Assembly (NCBI GenBank): GCA_038889075.1
Contig: JAWAHS010000002.1
Span: 108,930 to 172,929 of the forward strand
From: Ignisphaera sp.
Lineage (GTDB): Archaea > Thermoproteota > Thermoprotei_A > Sulfolobales > Ignisphaeraceae
Direction: 5' to 3'
DNA length: 64,000 bases
Every line of letters starts with the position of its first letter. The stretch's first letter is position 1. Shown piece by piece: positions 10,358 to 19,353 of the stretch. Made by a program: the position numbers and the translations under genes. Below the pieces are notes generated by a model. That model was not told where the DNA came from. It searched no databases and worked only from the letters and a program-made list of their open reading frames with translations.

Positions 10358-11342
10358 ATATACTAAACCATGTAATCCCAAAGATATTCTGTGTATTAGG
10401 GAGCTATGTGTTTGGCATCCCATAAGGAAGTTCCTAACAATTTCAGGATATGTAAGAGCGTTAGATGACGTTAATCTTGATTTGGAACGAGGCAGAATTC
10501 TTGCGGTAGTTGGTGAAAGTGGCTCAGGTAAGACTACGCTTGGTAAGACCATATTAAAGATTTATAATCCAACAAAGGGAAAGATTGTATATGAGAACAG
10601 AGATATAACATTTCTTAAAGGAAAGGAAATCAAGTGGTATAGAAGGGAGGTAGGCTACGTTCAGCAAGATCCCTATGGAGCACTACCACCATTTATGAAT
10701 ATTAGACAGATACTCGAAGAACCTCTAATTATACATGGAGTAAAGAAGAGTGAAAGAATACACAGAATTCGAGAAGCTCTTGAAGAGGTAAAGTTGATAC
10801 CAGTAGAGGATTTTATAAATAAGTATCCCCATATGCTAAGTGGTGGACAACAGCAACGTGTTGTTATTGCTAGGGCTCTAATCTTAAGACCTAAATTAAT
10901 TGTGGCAGACGAGCCTGTATCTATGCTCGATGCTTCCGTCAGAATAGAGATTCTTACACTATTTCGAGAACTTCAGAAAAAATACAATTTAAGTATAATA
11001 TACATAACGCACGATCTCTCAACTGCAAAATACTTCTCAGATAGGATTGCCGTTATGTATGCAGGGCATATAGTTGAGATGGCTCAAACAGATGCAATGC
11101 TGTCCAAGCCATTACACCCCTATACACAATCATTAATTAAAGCGATACCAGATCCGGATCCAAGGAATAGGACTCTATTTAGAGAGGTACCTCCAGGTGA
11201 GCCTCCCAGTTTGTTAAGTCCGCCTCCTGGTTGTAGATTCCATCCCCGATGTCCCTATGCAATGGATATATGTAGAAGAGAAGAACCGCCTACAATAGAG
11301 ATTAATGGAACACATAGTGTGAAGTGCTGGCTATATGGCTAA
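10344..11342 (+). CDS. Dpp/Opp ABC transporter ATP-binding protein (DppF-like)
   Basis: GESGSGKT, LSGGQQQR, ADEPV, C-terminal GCRFHPRCP domain. Confidence 0.95.
   Translation: MQKGEYTKPCNPKDILCIRELCVWHPIRKFLTISGYVRALDDVNLDLERGRILAVVGESGSGKTTLGKTILKIYNPTKGKIVYENRDITFLKGKEIKWYRREVGYVQQDPYGALPPFMNIRQILEEPLIIHGVKKSERIHRIREALEEVKLIPVEDFINKYPHMLSGGQQQRVVIARALILRPKLIVADEPVSMLDASVRIEILTLFRELQKKYNLSIIYITHDLSTAKYFSDRIAVMYAGHIVEMAQTDAMLSKPLHPYTQSLIKAIPDPDPRNRTLFREVPPGEPPSLLSPPPGCRFHPRCPYAMDICRREEPPTIEINGTHSVKCWLYG
11192..11290 (+). repeat. 99-bp perfect direct repeat, copy 2
   Basis: Identical to 10201-10299. Confidence 0.95.
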
Positions 11343-11529
11343 ACCATCGTATATCGTCATCGGCGGGCTTTTCTTACTTATAGCATTTTTAATACCTTTT
11401 CTAATGGTTATAAGAGTGTTAGAATCTAGTTTAGTCGTACTAATTATAGCATATATAATGTCTGTGATTGGCTTAGTTTTAGGAATATATGGTGTAGTAG
11501 AAAAGTATTCAAAGCAAATCCGAGACTAA
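11335..11529 (+). CDS. small two-TM membrane protein, last gene of the ABC operon
   Basis: Start overlaps the dppF end; two hydrophobic helices and a basic tail. Confidence 0.7.
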   Translation: MAKPSYIVIGGLFLLIAFLIPFLMVIRVLESSLVVLIIAYIMSVIGLVLGIYGVVEKYSKQIRD

Positions 11530-11945
11530 GAACACCACTCTTAAACAAATACATGTTCTATATGGCTAAAGTTATATCTCTTTATGATAGGGATGAAGAA
11601 AAATTCGTAGACTATTGCATTAGCGATGTACATCTTATTACTGGTTCTACATCTCGGAAACTACTTCTGAATAGGAGTAGTATTCGGCAGTACCCTTTGG
11701 TGGTACTATATTTCATACCTCTGGAATGTCTTCATGGGATAAGGAGTGTGGATGGAAATGGGCTACAATTGAATGTATAGGACTGGTATCCTGAGATATC
11801 CTTTCTCTTAGGACAGGAAGGCAAGCATGTGCATCGTGTTCTCATGTACAATAGAAGCTTTTTAGCTTAAAAACCGCTTCAAATATACTTATATTGTAAA
11901 CTGATAGGTAATAGTAGTATCTTATACTAATAGGGAGAGTATGAG

Positions 11946-12413
11946 ATGTCGATTGAGTACAGACATATAGTTAGGGTAGCAGAAACCGATATACCTGGTG
12001 AGTTGCCAGTAGCTTGGGGACTTGCAAGAATTAAGGGGGTAGGCTACAATTTTGCTATAGGAATATGTAGGGTGCTTAAACTGGATCCGAATATGCTAGT
12101 GGGCTACTTAAGTGATGAAGATGTTACAAGAATTGAGGAGTTGATTAAGGATCCCAAGAAGTTTGGATTTCCCACATGGGTTCTAAATCGAAGGAAAGAC
12201 TACGAGACGGGTGAGGATCTGCATCTAGCTAGTTCCGATCTTATTTACTATGCTAGAGAAGATATAAATAGAGAGATTAGGATTAGGAGCTGGAGAGGTG
12301 TAAGACACTCACAAGGATACAAAGTTAGGGGTCAGAAAACACACACAACTGGAAGGCTTGGACCTATTGTTGGTGTACAGAGGAAGAAGGCTCAACAGCA
12401 GCAGCAGAAATAG
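11946..12413 (+). CDS. rps13: 30S ribosomal protein S13 (uS13)
   Basis: IKGVG, NRRKDYETGED, WRGVRH..GYKVRGQKT; operon position. Confidence 0.97.
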   Translation: MSIEYRHIVRVAETDIPGELPVAWGLARIKGVGYNFAIGICRVLKLDPNMLVGYLSDEDVTRIEELIKDPKKFGFPTWVLNRRKDYETGEDLHLASSDLIYYAREDINREIRIRSWRGVRHSQGYKVRGQKTHTTGRLGPIVGVQRKKAQQQQQK

Positions 12414-12424
12414 GGTGAAACTCT

Positions 12425-12940
12425 ATGGGTGATCCAAGGAAGTCGCGTAGAAAATGGGAATCGCCTGGGCATCCATGGATTAAGACACGGTTACAGAAAG
12501 AAATGGAGTTAATGGGGATATATGGACTTAGAAACAAACGGGAGCTATGGATTGCTGAAACATTACTAAGAAGGATAAAACATAGGGCCAGATCATTACT
12601 GGCTCTTCCAGTTGAAGAACAAAGAAAACAGCTTCAACAACTTTCTCTAAAGCTATATAGATTGGGGATAATAAATACGGAATCGGCAGAGATAAATGAC
12701 ATACTTAATCTCACCGTTGAGAATATATTAGAGAGAAGGCTACAAACAATCGTATTGAAGAGAGGACTTGCAAAAACGATTCATCAGGCAAGGCAGATTA
12801 TAGTGCACGGTCATATAGCTATTAAAGGTAGGAGAGTTACATCACCAGGACACATAGTTACAAGAGACGAGGAACCCTACATCTCCATATACCCAATATC
12901 ACCTTTATTAAGTAGTAGAGAAACTGCAGAGGAAACATAG
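12425..12940 (+). CDS. rps4: 30S ribosomal protein S4 (uS4)
   Basis: [37 protein letters not shown]. Confidence 0.97.
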   Translation: MGDPRKSRRKWESPGHPWIKTRLQKEMELMGIYGLRNKRELWIAETLLRRIKHRARSLLALPVEEQRKQLQQLSLKLYRLGIINTESAEINDILNLTVENILERRLQTIVLKRGLAKTIHQARQIIVHGHIAIKGRRVTSPGHIVTRDEEPYISIYPISPLLSSRETAEET

Positions 12941-12960
12941 CCTATAGGGGTGAGGTAGGG

Positions 12961-13362
12961 ATGTCATTTGCAGCTAGAGAACTCAGATGGGGTATAGCTC
13001 ATATATATGCATCATTTAACAATACAATAATCCATGTAACTGATCTAAGTGGTGCTGAAACCGTTGCTAGAGGCTCTGGAGGTATGGTTGTGAGAGCAGA
13101 TAGAGAAAAACCAAGTCCATATGCAGCAATGATGGTTGCATATAGAGTTGCTCAAGAATCCATTGAAAAGGGGGTGACTGCAATACATATCAGGGTACGA
13201 GCTCCCGGTGGTCACGGTCCAAAGATACCTGGTCCAGGTGCACAGGCTGCAATAAGGGCTTTGGCAAGGGCTGGATTTATAATTGGCCGTATAGAGGATG
13301 CGACACCAATACCTCACGATACTACTAGAAGACCTGGTGGTAGGCGTGGTAGAAGGGTGTAG
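12961..13362 (+). CDS. rps11: 30S ribosomal protein S11 (uS11)
   Basis: [36 protein letters not shown]. Confidence 0.98.
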   Translation: MSFAARELRWGIAHIYASFNNTIIHVTDLSGAETVARGSGGMVVRADREKPSPYAAMMVAYRVAQESIEKGVTAIHIRVRAPGGHGPKIPGPGAQAAIRALARAGFIIGRIEDATPIPHDTTRRPGGRRGRRV

Positions 13363-13367
13363 AGTAA

Positions 13368-14222
13368 ATGGAGCTGATTGTGCGTAAATTAGATAGAGAG
13401 AGAATAGAATTTCTGGTAGAGGGTGCACCTCTTCCACTACTGAATGCTATACGCAGATATTCTCTAGCAAAGGTACCAACATACGCTATTGATGAAGTCA
13501 TGATAATTGTAAATACGTCGGCCATGTTTGATGAAATTCTAGCCCACAGACTTGGTATGATTCCTTTAACAAGCGAGGAGGGGCTGAATAAATTAGGAGA
13601 TATAGATCCGGATCTATGTTCTAAATGTAGTGAGGCAGAAGAAAAACCCTCTGCAGAATTTTGTGAAAAATGCTACGTCCACATGATATTAGAAGTTGAG
13701 GCTGGTAACGACGAAGTAACGGTATATTCAGGTGGTATAAAATCTGAAGATCCATATATTAGACCAGCTTATGATAACATACCTATAGTTATTTTAGCAC
13801 CTGGACAGAAGATTTCCTTGGAACTTAAGGCAAGAATAGGTAGAGGTCTTGAACACGCCAAGTGGAGCCCCGCTACTGTGGCTGTTGTTAGACATGTACC
13901 AAATATATCAATAGACTGGTCTCTATGTAATCTATGTGGAAAATGTATCGAAGTGTGTCCCAAGAGGATCCTGAAAATAGATGATAGTAAAGTTACTGTT
14001 AATAATCCATATGAGTGTATAATATGTTGGCAGTGCGTGCATTCATGTCCACTAAAGGCGATAAATATAGCAATTGATGAAAATAGAAATATAGTTAAGA
14101 TAGAAAGTAGTGGTTCACTAAATCCTGAGACCATAGTTCGCAAATCTGCTGAAATCCTCTTAAATGAACTTAAAATAATTTCCAAATCTATTACAGAGTT
14201 CAAAGTAGGTGGAGAGAAATGA
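13368..14222 (+). CDS. rpoD: RNA polymerase subunit Rpo3 (D) with ferredoxin-like domain
   Basis: NAIRR, NTS..FDEILAHRLGMIP, G.G.EHAKWSP; two CxxCxxCxxxCP motifs. Confidence 0.96.
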   Translation: MELIVRKLDRERIEFLVEGAPLPLLNAIRRYSLAKVPTYAIDEVMIIVNTSAMFDEILAHRLGMIPLTSEEGLNKLGDIDPDLCSKCSEAEEKPSAEFCEKCYVHMILEVEAGNDEVTVYSGGIKSEDPYIRPAYDNIPIVILAPGQKISLELKARIGRGLEHAKWSPATVAVVRHVPNISIDWSLCNLCGKCIEVCPKRILKIDDSKVTVNNPYECIICWQCVHSCPLKAINIAIDENRNIVKIESSGSLNPETIVRKSAEILLNELKIISKSITEFKVGGEK

Positions 14223-14581
14223 AGCGTACCGGATCCACAAACTATATCTGGAGAAAGACAATTAGAATACTAAGAAAGGTTGCCAAGAATAATGACGCTA
14301 GAATATGGAGATACATAGCAGAGCTTCTTGAAAAACCGAGGAGGAAAAGAATAGCAGTTAATATAAGTAAAATAAGTAGGTATTCGAGGGATGGTGATAT
14401 TATTGTTGTGCCCGGTAAGGTTTTGGGTGCAGGTTCTATAAATCACAGAATTATCGTAGTAGCCATGTCTTTCTCCAAACAGGCTGTCAGAAAGGTGAAG
14501 GGTGCAGGAGGAAGAGCTGTACATATACTCGAATTTTTGAATGAGAATCCAAAAGGGAGCAGGGTCAAGGTGATTATATGA
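14219..14581 (+). CDS. rpl18e: 50S ribosomal protein L18e
   Basis: VNISKI, VVPGKVLG.G, KGS.VKVI. Confidence 0.96.
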   Translation: MKRTGSTNYIWRKTIRILRKVAKNNDARIWRYIAELLEKPRRKRIAVNISKISRYSRDGDIIVVPGKVLGAGSINHRIIVVAMSFSKQAVRKVKGAGGRAVHILEFLNENPKGSRVKVII

Positions 14582-15081
14582 GTACAGCACTTGAGATAAG
14601 TTCAAAGGATTTATACAGGTATTTAGCCACTTTGAAAAATAGAGAGATTGTAATAGATGCAGAAAATGCACTACTTGGACGGCTTGCAAGCAACGTTGCT
14701 AAACTGCTATTAATGGGATTCAAAGTTCATGTTATTAATATTGAGAAAGCGTTGGTTTCAGGTGATAGGAAAATGGTTATTGAGAGCTACAAGCTTCTAC
14801 TTAATGTCAGAACGCATAGAAATCCGTACAGGCACTCCATGAAGAGGCCTAGAAATCCCATTGCAATATTTAAGAGCAGTGTAAAAAGAATGCTTCCAAA
14901 ACATAATTGGAGGGGAGTTACCATTCTTAAGAATGTAAAGGCATACATTGGTACACCTAAGGAATTTGATGGAAGAGAACGTATAAAAATAGCAGATATC
15001 GATGCGGAGAATCTTAAGAGAAGAACCGTGGTAAGAGTTTCAGAGATAGCTGAAGCGTTAGGTTGGAGGCAGACGCCGTAG
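14578..15081 (+). CDS. rpl13: 50S ribosomal protein L13 (uL13)
   Basis: IDAENALLGRLAS.VAK, P..IF...V..MLP. Confidence 0.95.
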   Translation: MSTALEISSKDLYRYLATLKNREIVIDAENALLGRLASNVAKLLLMGFKVHVINIEKALVSGDRKMVIESYKLLLNVRTHRNPYRHSMKRPRNPIAIFKSSVKRMLPKHNWRGVTILKNVKAYIGTPKEFDGRERIKIADIDAENLKRRTVVRVSEIAEALGWRQTP

Positions 15082-15092
15082 GTGAATGTCTA

Positions 15093-15557
15093 ATGGAATC
15101 AGCCACATCTGAAGAAATTAAAATTGCAGGAGCATACCAGCAGATAGTTAGTGGTAAAAAGATTGTTGTAAGTGTTGGAAAAAGGAAAACAGCTGTTGCT
15201 CGAGCAATAATAAAGGCTGGAGGTGGTAGATGTAAGGTAAATGGCATCCCAGTAGAGATATGGCCAATAGAAGTAGCTAGACTCAAAATGATGGAGCCTC
15301 TAATGCTCTTAAATGATAAATTGCGAAATGCTATAGATATTGATGTTATTGTTGAAGGTGGTGGTGTAATGGCACAAGCATATGCTATTAGAAATGCTAT
15401 AGCGAGAGGGATTATAGTATACTTCAACATCCCCATACTAAGAGATATATTTAAGGAATTCGATAGAACTATGATATCTGGTGATCCAAGAAGAACAGAA
15501 TCTGAGAAATGGATGAGGTACAGTGCTAGGAGATTTAGACAGAAATCATATAGGTGA
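15093..15557 (+). CDS. rps9: 30S ribosomal protein S9 (uS9)
   Basis: [38 protein letters not shown]; ATG at 15093 follows a GGTGA SD. Confidence 0.96.
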   Translation: MESATSEEIKIAGAYQQIVSGKKIVVSVGKRKTAVARAIIKAGGGRCKVNGIPVEIWPIEVARLKMMEPLMLLNDKLRNAIDIDVIVEGGGVMAQAYAIRNAIARGIIVYFNIPILRDIFKEFDRTMISGDPRRTESEKWMRYSARRFRQKSYR

Positions 15558-15563
15558 TAAGGT

Positions 15564-15764
15564 ATGATAATACCCGTAAGATGCTTTACATGCGGTTATC
15601 CAATTGGCGCGAAGTGGGAGGAATTCCACAGAAGAGTTATTAAGGGTGAGGATCCAAAAAAAGTATTAGACGACCTAGGTATAGATAGATACTGTTGTCG
15701 AAGGATGATGCTATCACATATTGAATTATTTAGAGAGACGATAAAATATGGTACAGTAAAGTAG
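15564..15764 (+). CDS. rpoN: RNA polymerase subunit Rpo10 (N)
   Basis: [11 protein letters not shown]...RYCCRRM. Confidence 0.98.
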   Translation: MIIPVRCFTCGYPIGAKWEEFHRRVIKGEDPKKVLDDLGIDRYCCRRMMLSHIELFRETIKYGTVK

Positions 15765-15773
15765 GTGTGGAAT

Positions 15774-16400
15774 ATGGCAGAAGAACAGAAAATGGTCTCG
15801 CAACAAGTTGAACTTCTAGTTCCACTAGAAATGTACTTGCAAGCAGGGGTTCACATAGGGACACATACATGTACCAAGCATATGGAGAGATTTGTATTCA
15901 GGGTAAGACCAGATGGCCTATATATTTTAGATATAAAGAAAACTGATGAAAGACTTAGAATTGCGGGTAAGTTCTTGAGTAGATATGAACCATCGAAGAT
16001 AATGGTTATCGCAACAAGGCAGTATGGTAAGCAACCAGTCTCAAAATTTTCTGAATTTGTTAAGGCAAAACCAGTTGTCGGTCGATTTGTTCCTGGAACA
16101 TTAACAAATCCGAAACTTGAGTGGTACTATGAACCTGAGGTTATAGTATTGACAGATCCCAGAATAGATTCACAACCACTTGAGGAGGCATTGAAAGTCG
16201 GAATACCAATAGTGGCATTCGTAAGTACTGATAATAGGCTTGAAGGAATCGATTTGGCGATACCTGGTAATAATAAAGGTAGAAAATCTTTAGCATTACT
16301 ATATTGGACTCTAGCAAGACAGATACTTAGGGAAAGAGGAGAATTAGGGCCTAATGATAACCTTCCGCTAGGACCAGAAGCTTTTGAAACCACAACATAG
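15774..16400 (+). CDS. rps2: 30S ribosomal protein S2 (uS2)
   Basis: [31 protein letters not shown]. Confidence 0.97.
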   Translation: MAEEQKMVSQQVELLVPLEMYLQAGVHIGTHTCTKHMERFVFRVRPDGLYILDIKKTDERLRIAGKFLSRYEPSKIMVIATRQYGKQPVSKFSEFVKAKPVVGRFVPGTLTNPKLEWYYEPEVIVLTDPRIDSQPLEEALKVGIPIVAFVSTDNRLEGIDLAIPGNNKGRKSLALLYWTLARQILRERGELGPNDNLPLGPEAFETTT

Positions 16401-16635
16401 AGTTCAACACCGATTAATATCATCAACTCTGAGACTCTAAATTTCAACTAAATATACAATCAATTTTTTCTCGATACTTAGACGTTTCAACACTCTATAG
16501 TTTTTAAACCTATAAATTTAATGTGTTTCTACATATTATATAGTACTATATGTATGTGATAGATATAGGGATTGCAATGAATATTAGAACAAGGATCATG
16601 ATGTATGTTATAATCTGTGGGTGGTGTAGATAAAC

Positions 16636-17466
16636 ATGGATAAAGTAGTATTGTTTAAGGAGGTTCGGATACCATTTCCATTAATTGGTATACCTATAGT
16701 TAATCATTTCAATACATATGTGTCTGCATTAACCAATTCAAAGTGTGTTATAAGGACTCGGTTAAGTTTAAGAAGACACTGTAATGACGAGAATGGTGAT
16801 ACGATTCACGAGTTAGACGATTTAAGGAAATATATTCTAAATAGATTTAACACAGTGTTAGGAAATATAGGGAAGGAATGCATTGAGGGGGACCTAGATG
16901 TACAATGCGATAATGACCTACCATTAATATTGGTACTCCCGGTGCTAGAGTGTGAAATATCCAGAAAGTTGCTGATGATAGGTGGTACTAGCTATACACA
17001 TATACTTAACATTTTCTCAAATTTAGATACAGAAATGCTAAATGTAGATCCAGGTTATCTCAGATCACTTCGATGTTCATACCTCTTTAAAGCGATGTGT
17101 ATTAGTAGAGGATATGAGGACATAGTACACAATGTCGATTTAGCATTGAGTATCGAAAATGTCAATAGATATAAATGTGATTCTAAAACATGCACATATA
17201 TCAGTAATCCATATGATAATTACTTACTTTCTCTTCTATATAAGTTGACTACGCACACCATTTCTCAGTTTATACATAGTCTTGTTAATAATGGAACGGT
17301 GGAGCCATGGTTAAGAAATATGATTAGACTAGTCTACATTATAGAGAGTGAAATTATAAGAAACTCCCTAGGGATTAAAATGAATTACCCAATTGATGAA
17401 GCAAATCTATATAAGGTTATTGCAGATTTGAATCAAGTTGTAATTTACAGAATTACGCTATCGTAG
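16636..17466 (+). CDS. hypothetical protein, possibly a degenerate GHMP kinase (mevalonate kinase position)
   Basis: 276-aa ORF with GGTG SD, 11 nt upstream of ipk; no intact GHMP glycine loop. Confidence 0.7.
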   Translation: MDKVVLFKEVRIPFPLIGIPIVNHFNTYVSALTNSKCVIRTRLSLRRHCNDENGDTIHELDDLRKYILNRFNTVLGNIGKECIEGDLDVQCDNDLPLILVLPVLECEISRKLLMIGGTSYTHILNIFSNLDTEMLNVDPGYLRSLRCSYLFKAMCISRGYEDIVHNVDLALSIENVNRYKCDSKTCTYISNPYDNYLLSLLYKLTTHTISQFIHSLVNNGTVEPWLRNMIRLVYIIESEIIRNSLGIKMNYPIDEANLYKVIADLNQVVIYRITLS

Positions 17467-17477
17467 AGGAATAGGAA

Positions 17478-18257
17478 ATGAAAATTACAATTATATTAAA
17501 ATTGGGAGGCGCACTTATAACTAATAAGGAAAAACCTTTTTCCTTGAACTATTCTGTGCTATACAGAATTTGTGACGAGATAAGCCAGGCATACAGAGAA
17601 TGCAACAATAGGATCATAATAATACATGGAGGTGGCAGCTATGGTCATTACGTAGTAAAAGAGCATGAAGAGCATGGCAATATATATTCTACTGAAAGCA
17701 TTGCACAAGTTGTGTGGTTCATGAGAGAATTAAATATGATTATTACCGATATGCTAAACTCGTATGGATTACCAGCGCTACCCGTAGATACGCATGCAAT
17801 GTTTTTAAGGGTCAGCGATAGACTAGCTGTTTTTAGTAAACCTCTTATCGCAATGATTAATAATGGGCTTATACCCATCTTATATGGGGATATAATTTTC
17901 AATAGAATAGGTAAAGCAGAGATTCTATCTGGGGATGAAATCGCATGGTACTTTGCTTCACTACTAAAGCCCTCTAGATTACTATTCGCGACAGCAGTTG
18001 ATGGCATTTTCGATAGGGATCCTGCAGATAGAAATGCTAGGTTACTACCTACCGTAAAACTGTCTGAATTAGATAGGTTAGATACTAAGGGTGTAAGGGG
18101 AATAGATGTTACAGGAGGTATGAGAACAAAGTTGCTATTAGGATTAAAGTATATGGGGGAGGGTATGGATGTCTACATATTTAATGGAGTAAAAACAGGA
18201 ACCATATACCAGGCTATTTGCAACAATGAAATATTTGGCACAAGGGTTGTGATATGA
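17478..18257 (+). CDS. ipk: isopentenyl phosphate kinase
   Basis: LKLGGALIT.K, HGGGSYGH, ILSGD, DVTGGM..K; adjacent to fni. Confidence 0.93.
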   Translation: MKITIILKLGGALITNKEKPFSLNYSVLYRICDEISQAYRECNNRIIIIHGGGSYGHYVVKEHEEHGNIYSTESIAQVVWFMRELNMIITDMLNSYGLPALPVDTHAMFLRVSDRLAVFSKPLIAMINNGLIPILYGDIIFNRIGKAEILSGDEIAWYFASLLKPSRLLFATAVDGIFDRDPADRNARLLPTVKLSELDRLDTKGVRGIDVTGGMRTKLLLGLKYMGEGMDVYIFNGVKTGTIYQAICNNEIFGTRVVI

Positions 18258-19339
18258 GTATTGAGAATAGAAAGAGTGAACACATAGAGCATGCAGTGAA
18301 CCAGATATCACAAGGACCTTTGACAACACTTTTAGAGAATGTGATAATAGTCCACCAGGCTTTTACAGAACTTTCAATGGATGAGATAGATCTATCTACG
18401 GAATTTCTCGGGTACAAACTACAAGCTCCAGTACTAATCTCAGGTATGACTGGGGGATTTGATGGAGCATTTAACATAAATAAAAAGTTGGCTGAATTAG
18501 CAGAGGAATACAGATTGGCAATAGGTGTTGGTAGCCAGAGGGCGATGATCTTAAAACCTGAGCTTAGCTATACCTATAGAGTGGTAAGAGATGTAGCACA
18601 TAGTGTGCCAGTTATAGCGAACATAGGTATAGCACAGCTTTCTACAATTAACTATGAATCAATAGAATGGATTGTAGAATCGTTGGAAGCAGACGCTCTC
18701 GCAATACACTTGAACATGCTTCAAGAACTCATTCAGTGTGAGGGGGATAGGAGCTTCAAGGGGGCTATTAAATCGCTTGAGAAAATTATTGAGAAAATTG
18801 ATGTTCCGATAATAATTAAGGAAGTCGGCAATGGACTGTCTCGCGAAGTAGCTAGCAAATTCTATAACTTAGGAATAAGAATATTCGATGTTGCAGGAGC
18901 TGGTGGAACTAACTGGGTTACGATAGAAATGTTAAGGATGGAGGGAAAACACAGTAAGATAGGAGAGGCATTTAGGACATGGGGGATACCTACAGCAGCA
19001 TCGATAGTAGAGGCGTCATCTATAGGATCTGATGTTATAGTTATTGCCAGCGGTGGTATAAGAACAGGTGTTGATATTGCTAAGGCAATATCACTAGGTG
19101 CGGAGCTTGTGGGTATTGCACAACCATTTCTTAGGGCAGTATTATCGGGTAGAGAAAAAGAATACACAGATACATTGCTTAAACAGTTGAGAATAGCAAT
19201 GATGTTGGCTGGTTGCAGAAATATTATGGAGCTTAAGAATATACACATAGTTGTACACGGTCTTCTAGCTCAATGGTTATGTGCGCGAAAACTTAAAATA
19301 AGAAATAACAACTCCTATATACCATGCTTCATTAACTAA
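18254..19339 (+). CDS. fni: type 2 isopentenyl-diphosphate delta-isomerase (FMN-dependent)
   Basis: RKSEHI, GMTGG, GVGSQR, HLN..QE..Q.EGD, KEVG.G, GAGGT.W, WGIPT, SGGIR.G. Confidence 0.96.
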   Translation: MSIENRKSEHIEHAVNQISQGPLTTLLENVIIVHQAFTELSMDEIDLSTEFLGYKLQAPVLISGMTGGFDGAFNINKKLAELAEEYRLAIGVGSQRAMILKPELSYTYRVVRDVAHSVPVIANIGIAQLSTINYESIEWIVESLEADALAIHLNMLQELIQCEGDRSFKGAIKSLEKIIEKIDVPIIIKEVGNGLSREVASKFYNLGIRIFDVAGAGGTNWVTIEMLRMEGKHSKIGEAFRTWGIPTAASIVEASSIGSDVIVIASGGIRTGVDIAKAISLGAELVGIAQPFLRAVLSGREKEYTDTLLKQLRIAMMLAGCRNIMELKNIHIVVHGLLAQWLCARKLKIRNNNSYIPCFIN

Positions 19340-19353
19340 TAAGGTGCAGTGTA

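Noticed and set aside
11553-11780. 75-aa ORF
   Set aside because: No SD, no motif and atypical composition; not called as a gene.
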